A stretch of 57,114 nucleotides of DNA, filler included, from Basidiobolus ranarum (lineage: Eukaryota), in assembly GCA_040143965.1 (NCBI GenBank). It is 7 parts of 7 records of this genome, joined end to end, with 100 filler letters (N's around TTAATTAATTAA, not from the genome) between each part and the next. Parts side by side here need not be neighbours in the genome. Positions count along the whole stretch, not along the records: positions 49,069 to 57,114 come from JASJQH010001028.1; 6 more parts are not named here. One strand, given 5' to 3'. This document shows, one piece after another, positions 51,395-57,114 of the stretch. Below the pieces are notes generated by a model. That model was not told the DNA's origin. It saw only the letters and a program-made list of their open reading frames with translations, and did not search any database. Position numbers and translations under genes: made by a program. Each line of letters opens with the position of its first letter. Positions within the stretch are counted from its first letter, which is position 1.

Positions 51395-54300
51395 CGCAAG
51401 TGACGATTTCTGAATACTTGTCTGTTCAATTAAGTTGAGTAGTAATTGGCCAGTCAAGCCTAGCAGTTGTCTAATGATTTCGTACTGACGTGAAGGTATA
51501 TAAGCATTTGCAAGAATGTTACACGGCCTTAGTATCACTGTACTTGTAATGGATGAGGTCCAGGTGACTTATATAATCGTCTCCCGGAAAGTGAATCACT
51601 GAGTAACGATGGCAGGTGAGAATACTAGTATTTCATTCCATGCTGACTTGTAGTATATATTCATACAGGTTAAACTACTTATGAATATTTTAATACTGAA
51701 TGAGGTCGAATGTTTTGGTATACTTTAGTTTAGAGAGTTCTCCACATCTGAGATATGAAGTAATAGCCATTGAATATTAATTATCATCAACATTTACATC
51801 TAATATTTGTCTATCTCTGTAAATAATCCTTTTTTTTCAGCATTCAAGCAAACTGGTATGTCTCGAGTATGTTTTAGTTGTTAATGAATTCTCTAGCTAT
51901 AATTAGTATTTTCTTCTTGTGATCATTTGAACCTTTCTGCTTCCTAAAATGAAGAGATATTTGTGCTTTACGCTACTTGGAACCACCTAAAGGCGTTAGA
52001 TAGTATTAGACTTCCTGAAGTCTGAACTCTATTAGAAACTCTTTGTTAACTACAAGTTCGAGAGGAAACGTTAGAGTAAAGTCCATAATTAGACATGACA
52101 AAGTAGTTAAAATTCGAAATAATAGACGAAACTTGATTAGGAAAATGGAGATGATCGATGTGAATGTAATCTTTACATCATGAGTCAATTCAAACCTGAA
52201 TACCAATAAAATCTCTGGTTAAATTCTACACCGCAGTATGAAAAAGATTGTCGGATGCTCGGACTTTTAATTCCATCCAAGTTTGCCCACAAAATATTCA
52301 ACGTGTTCAGAGACTTTGCATAGCAGTATTACGCGGTGTTTGATTGGCCATATATCTAAATGGTCTCATGTATTTTAGTCTCCAAGAAGTAGCAGTAATT
52401 GTGTTTACATGTTGGTTAAATAGATACTCCTTACTAGAGATATAGATAATCGCAAGAAGGCAAAGGGTTCTCTTAATTTGATATATCTCTCTGCGAATAT
52501 TCCTCCTCTAGTAATAGGTCTATTAGAGGTGAGGTGAGCCAAGCCAAAAGTTCTATCACAAAAACAATGGATATTTGTAATGGTTAACACTCTCCTTTTG
52601 ATTACTATTATTATTAGCACACTTTGGTTCTCTTACATACTGTTACAGCAACCAGTTTTTTCCTGATATTGTGCTTGTTGCTGGCAGCCAACAGAGTATA
52701 AGTATTAAGCATGAGTTTCAAAGTGCCTTGTAGCTTTTATGCTTGCTGTAGCCCATTTCACTAGTACAATTCTTTTATAATGAACCAGTCGAAGTTTACA
52801 AATAGTTCGACGAGATGGACGTAAGGAATCAGTAATAATGCAAAACATCTATAGCAACCTTCACATCTAAGAGAAAAGTATGTTTAAGCATAGCATAGCA
52901 GATCAGAGTACTAACAATTATGTAGTTGATTATTTTGTGACCTATATTTGGGTAGTACATTCACATTATTAGATTTAGATTTGTGCATATCGTGGCTCAT
53001 AGTACTGTTGCCCAGATGTACCTGGAGAAGAATGTACTTCATAAATGCAGCAATCTTCTATCTTTCTTTTAGATATCATTACCACTTTGTACACATATGA
53101 AGGCTCTGACAATCATCACTGTACCTACTACCCTCCTTGTGTCGTCATTTCGACATGCTTGAATCAAGATGCTAAGATACTAGATACATTCCCAGATGTG
53201 GTGACTACATAAGCTTGATACTCCATATTTTAAGAAATCTTAACATGATGTATAGAATATAATACTTTGGCTTAATCATTATTCTCCTTTGAAAGCAGCA
53301 ACGGTTCAGTCAATGGAGCATTCCCTTCAACATCTATCACTTCGACTGTTTTTCGAAGTTCAAGATTATAAGAGCATTTCGCTCGAGATCATATTAGTGG
53401 TTATACAACCCTGGTATTCTATCATACGCTAACTCATCCAATAGCGAGTGAGTGTTAACAAGATAAGCCCCGCGATACACAAGTACAATTCTTATTACTA
53501 CGATTCATATATAATGGGATGAAATCAACATGGCCTAGAATCAATAGAGTGTCACGGGAACTTTGGACTAAAAAGTCATAATTCCACACCAAATATCTCA
53601 GTCATGAAATATCCTCTGTTCGGTTAACTATACTTTCGAAAATGGAAATGGGTTTTATCTGAGAATGAGAGTGATCTAAGCTTTTGTAATGCCAGCCAAA
53701 AGGGGAAATGAGTGAGTTATATTAGGCGCATATGTACTCAGAGCAATCGCTTGATCCCAGAACAACTATTCTGATTAATGTTCTATTTATTAGCATAGGG
53801 CCATCAACGAAGCCGTCACTTGTGGTTTCAGCTCGGCTACCCATTGGGCCGAATCCACGTTGAAACCATTCAAGATCAAGAAATCAATTAGCATCTGGAC
53901 TAACCGAAGACTACACGGTTTTCTCTCTTGATGGACTGCACAAGGCGATAATTTCTCTCAATCAATGATATCATCAGGCATTGAATGAGTTTCTGATGAA
54001 TGAGACAGTTTTAGATTTTTCTTTACCATTCCTTCGCAGAATCCACAATAGTCCAGTTGACTCGAATGATGGTGACTGAACCATAGTGCAGGCAGATAGA
54101 AATTAAAGTTATCTCTGGATTATCCTACACGTTCTTATCTATATAAGCGAATTTAACATGGATCTGTATATCTATTTTAATGATGGATTGAACGATGTTC
54201 CATTGCCCACCACTCTGTGCATCCACGATTCTATCCCACGACTAGTCAAATGTACTCGGTTTCAGTGATGACCCAAGAGACCGCTCTCTTCTCACCGATC

Positions 54301-54561
54301 ATCTCCCTAGCTATATCTGGACTCAACATCTAAAGAAAACCAGCTTACCGCCAAATTAAGGAGTCCGCACCTCAAGTTGTTCTGGTTGACTGCGAGTCCA
54401 TCAACCAGTTTAAATGAGTTTTGATGGATGAAGTGAGGATTTTCTCGGCTAAAATCATTAGCCCCCGTTCCATCCCCACGTACCCAACATTCCAAAGTTT
54501 ATTTAGATTATTAATCCTAACAATCAATTTAGAGCCAAGTTCCATTTCAACCTACAACCTA

Positions 54562-54607
54562 AACCCTAACCCAGTGAAAAATACCGGAAATATTGTTAGG
54601 GTTAGGG
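54562..54607. repeat. Inverted pair of telomere-like motifs
   Basis: AACCCTAACCC at 54562 and GTTAGGGTTAGGG at 54595. Confidence 0.6.
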
Positions 54608-55018
54608 CTGTCTATCGGAAAGTTGATTTCAACGTGAAGAATGATTCTAAATATCATGTGGATGAATTTATGTAACAATACCGAATTGGGTGAAGTGAAA
54701 TCGGTCCAAGGAAACCATTCGCTGATTCGGTAATTAGACGGTTTCTTTAGTGCAGAAATCCATGCGTAAATGATCATAGGTATGTAATGATTGAATGGAA
54801 AAAAGACTCCAGCAAATTGCCAGCCTAGGATCACCCGGATTGTCAGGTGAGTGAGGTATGAACCGAAGTAACTTCTTCTTTAGGAATCACTTTGAAATGC
54901 TCACTATAAAAGCAAATTGCCTGCCCTGTCAGAAAAATTAGACAACTGCTAGGCTTGGCTGCTTAATTACTCTTTCACGACAATTGATCAGACAAGTATC
55001 CAGAAATCGTCACTCGCA

Positions 55019-56603
55019 ATGGCTGAAGTATCCACTAAAAAATCGCAATGGGTCTCTGGTGGTGATGTAGAGGAGAGCAATGGATTTACCACTGGCAACC
55101 TTGAAGACTCTAGACAGCAGGGTTTCACTTGGTATATTTTTTTCTCATGCGTGGTAGCTGCCTTAGCTTCCTTCAACATGGGATACAATACAGGTGCCCC
55201 CAATAACCCCGAAAAAATCATTCGTAATTGTGTAGACCCTGATGGGGAAGGCTCTTTCCCTAACTGCCTCCCTATGGGTGATTGGATTTGGTAAGATTTT
55301 ATATTATTATATATTCATGCTGGAGTTTGTCCCGAAGATATTCACCCTTTGTAACGATTCATTGCTGACACTCTTTCCTGCGTATTTCAGGGGTTTTTGC
55401 GTCGGAGTTTTTGCCATAGGAGGTCTTGTAGGTGGATTTTTCGCTGGACCATGCGCCGATAGATTTGGAAGACGTAAAGTACTCTTTTGGAACAACGTCA
55501 ATTTCATTATCGGGGCAATCCTTTTGGGCACATCGATTAACGTACCCATGTTTGCCATTGGTCGTTTTTTCGTTGGTGTAGGTAGTGGTGCCGGTTCTGC
55601 TACTGTACCTATGTACATTGCCGAAGTATCTACAACCCGTTACCGAGGTGCCATGGGGGCTATTCTTCAGATTTTCTTGGCTTTAGGCATTTTCATTTCC
55701 CAAGCACTCGGTCTTGGTATGTCTGAAGTTCCTCTCTGGAGAGTGATCTTTGCCTTAACTGGCGCACCAGCTGTTCTTCAAATGTTTCTTATGCTCTTTT
55801 GTCCGGAAACACCCAGATATTTGATATCCAAAAACCGACTCGACGAGGCGAAGGTTACTCTTCAAAAGCTTCGTAAAGGAGCATACATTGAAAATGAGTT
55901 CAACAGTATGTGTGTAGGAGTACAAGGTGTTCAACATGAGCATGATATGTCATCAGGACATAAAGAATCCGGCCTTCTCCGAAGAATTCGAGATGTTTTG
56001 GCTGATAAATTTGTTCGTAAGATGCTTTTCGTTGGTATGATTATCCATGCTTCCCAACAACTTTCTGGTATCAATGGAGTGAGTTTTTATTCTACTGCTA
56101 TTCTTACCGAAGCGACAGGTGCTGATGTTGCACCAGGAGTAACTGTTGGTATTGCCGCACTTAACTTTGTCATCAATTGTATCATCTCTTTCATTGTTGA
56201 TCGATTTGGTAGACGTCCATTACTTATGACCAGTTCTGCTGGTATGGGAATATTCGCCTTACTACTTGTGATCGGTGATGCTACCCATGTTAATGCACTG
56301 AAGGTTCTTTCAGTAGTGTGCTTTGCAGCTTCGTTCAACATTGGTCTTGGTTGTGTACCATTTATGATTACACCCGAGATGGTTCCTACCTGGGCAGCAG
56401 GAGTAGTAGTTTCTGCCGCAACTACGGTGAATTGGATTTGTAACTTCATTATTGGATTCATCTTCCCTACTCTGATCAACTCTATGGGTTCGAAAGTGTT
56501 TATCATTTTCGTGGTTCTTAACTTTGTATTCTTGATATTCGATTACTTCTTTGTCCCCGAAACCAAGGGAAGAAGTGTGGATGATATTGCTAAAGAACAA
56601 TAG
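55019..56603 (+). CDS. MFS sugar porter (GLUT-like), 494 aa; join(55019..55290,55391..56603); paralogue of 49804-51394
   Basis: Same motifs, same intron position, exon 2 of identical length (1213 nt). Confidence 0.95.
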
Positions 56604-56682
56604 AAGAATCTCTTCCAAATCCTAACCAAATCTCAACCTGCTTAGGCACATTAATCTCGCATTCATACATATCCGGAGTTCC

Positions 56683-56775
56683 GATACCATGACCATGACC
56701 GTGACCATATTCATATCCATACTTGTACCCTTTCCGTACCCGTACCCGTAACTGTCACTGTAACCGTAACCGTAA
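56683..56775. repeat. Degenerate hexamer tandem repeat (CCRTRA/CCGTAC-like)
   Basis: CCATGA CCATGA CCGTGA CCATAT TCATAT CCATAC .. CCGTAC CCGTAC CCGTAA CTGTCA CTGTAA CCGTAA CCGTAA. Confidence 0.8.
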
Positions 56776-57114
56776 GCATTGGTTACAATTTTCACCTTAT
56801 TATGGATATGACCACGTACTGGATTGGGAATATGTAAAGTATTTAGTGATACATTAAACCCAGCATTTTGATAGAATTTTTTTATCTATTCATTCTCTCA
56901 CCCATTGTCATATATCCCACCCCCATCGTATATTGATATTTGTAGATTTTACTTACCCTTTATTTCACCAATAAAACCTGAACTGATCGAAATTTCTTCT
57001 CTCTTCCCCAAAGCCCATCGTTGATATGTATCTCTTCCGATTGGTTGGAATGCTTTTTATCTCGATTGTGGGGATAGATTGAGATTGTTTCACCAAAAAA
57101 AGGGAAATAACCAA

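Noticed and set aside
49901-56618. Paired antisense ORFs over both transporters, and others over NDUFS2, GH15 and the DPBB gene
   Set aside because: Shadow frames of real genes; their similarity follows from the paralogy
1-57114. CRISPR arrays, rRNA genes or prokaryotic operons
   Set aside because: No repeat-spacer array or rRNA signature seen; gene structure is eukaryotic throughout

Overview
This is eukaryotic (fungal) DNA, and it is not contiguous. Seven unrelated ~8 kb contigs, sorted by decreasing length, are joined by six artificial 100-nt spacers (N44-TTAATTAATTAA-N44), so neighbourhood arguments hold only within a contig. Short GT-AG introns, an APSES factor and a nuclear complex I 49 kDa gene indicate a fungus; an early-diverging lineage such as Basidiobolus/Zoopagomycota is plausible but only an inference. 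Contig 1: secreted expansin-like (DPBB) protein with a C-terminal Cys-rich module, a carboxypeptidase pseudogene, copia relics and a DNA-transposon end. Contig 2: a hypothetical protein, an intronless bacterial-looking thiamine-phosphate-synthase/TenI-family gene, NDUFS2, a small mitochondrial protein and a partial DJ-1/PfpI gene. Contig 3: a tandem secreted-protein pair (one pseudogenised), a DHA2 transporter pseudogene, a 7TM protein and a partial diflavin reductase. Contig 4: a nest of five degenerate CACTA/CMC-type transposon copies. Contig 5: a StuA/Efg1-like APSES factor and copia relics. Contig 6: a GH15 hydrolase and a Flo8/Som1-like LisH factor. Contig 7: an inverted pair of sugar-porter paralogues. 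Most notable are a self-nesting CMC transposon family with CCCTA termini, an apparent 4-bp TSD and a second divergent gene; the candidate bacterial HGT; and a shared CBM19-like module on unrelated secreted proteins.
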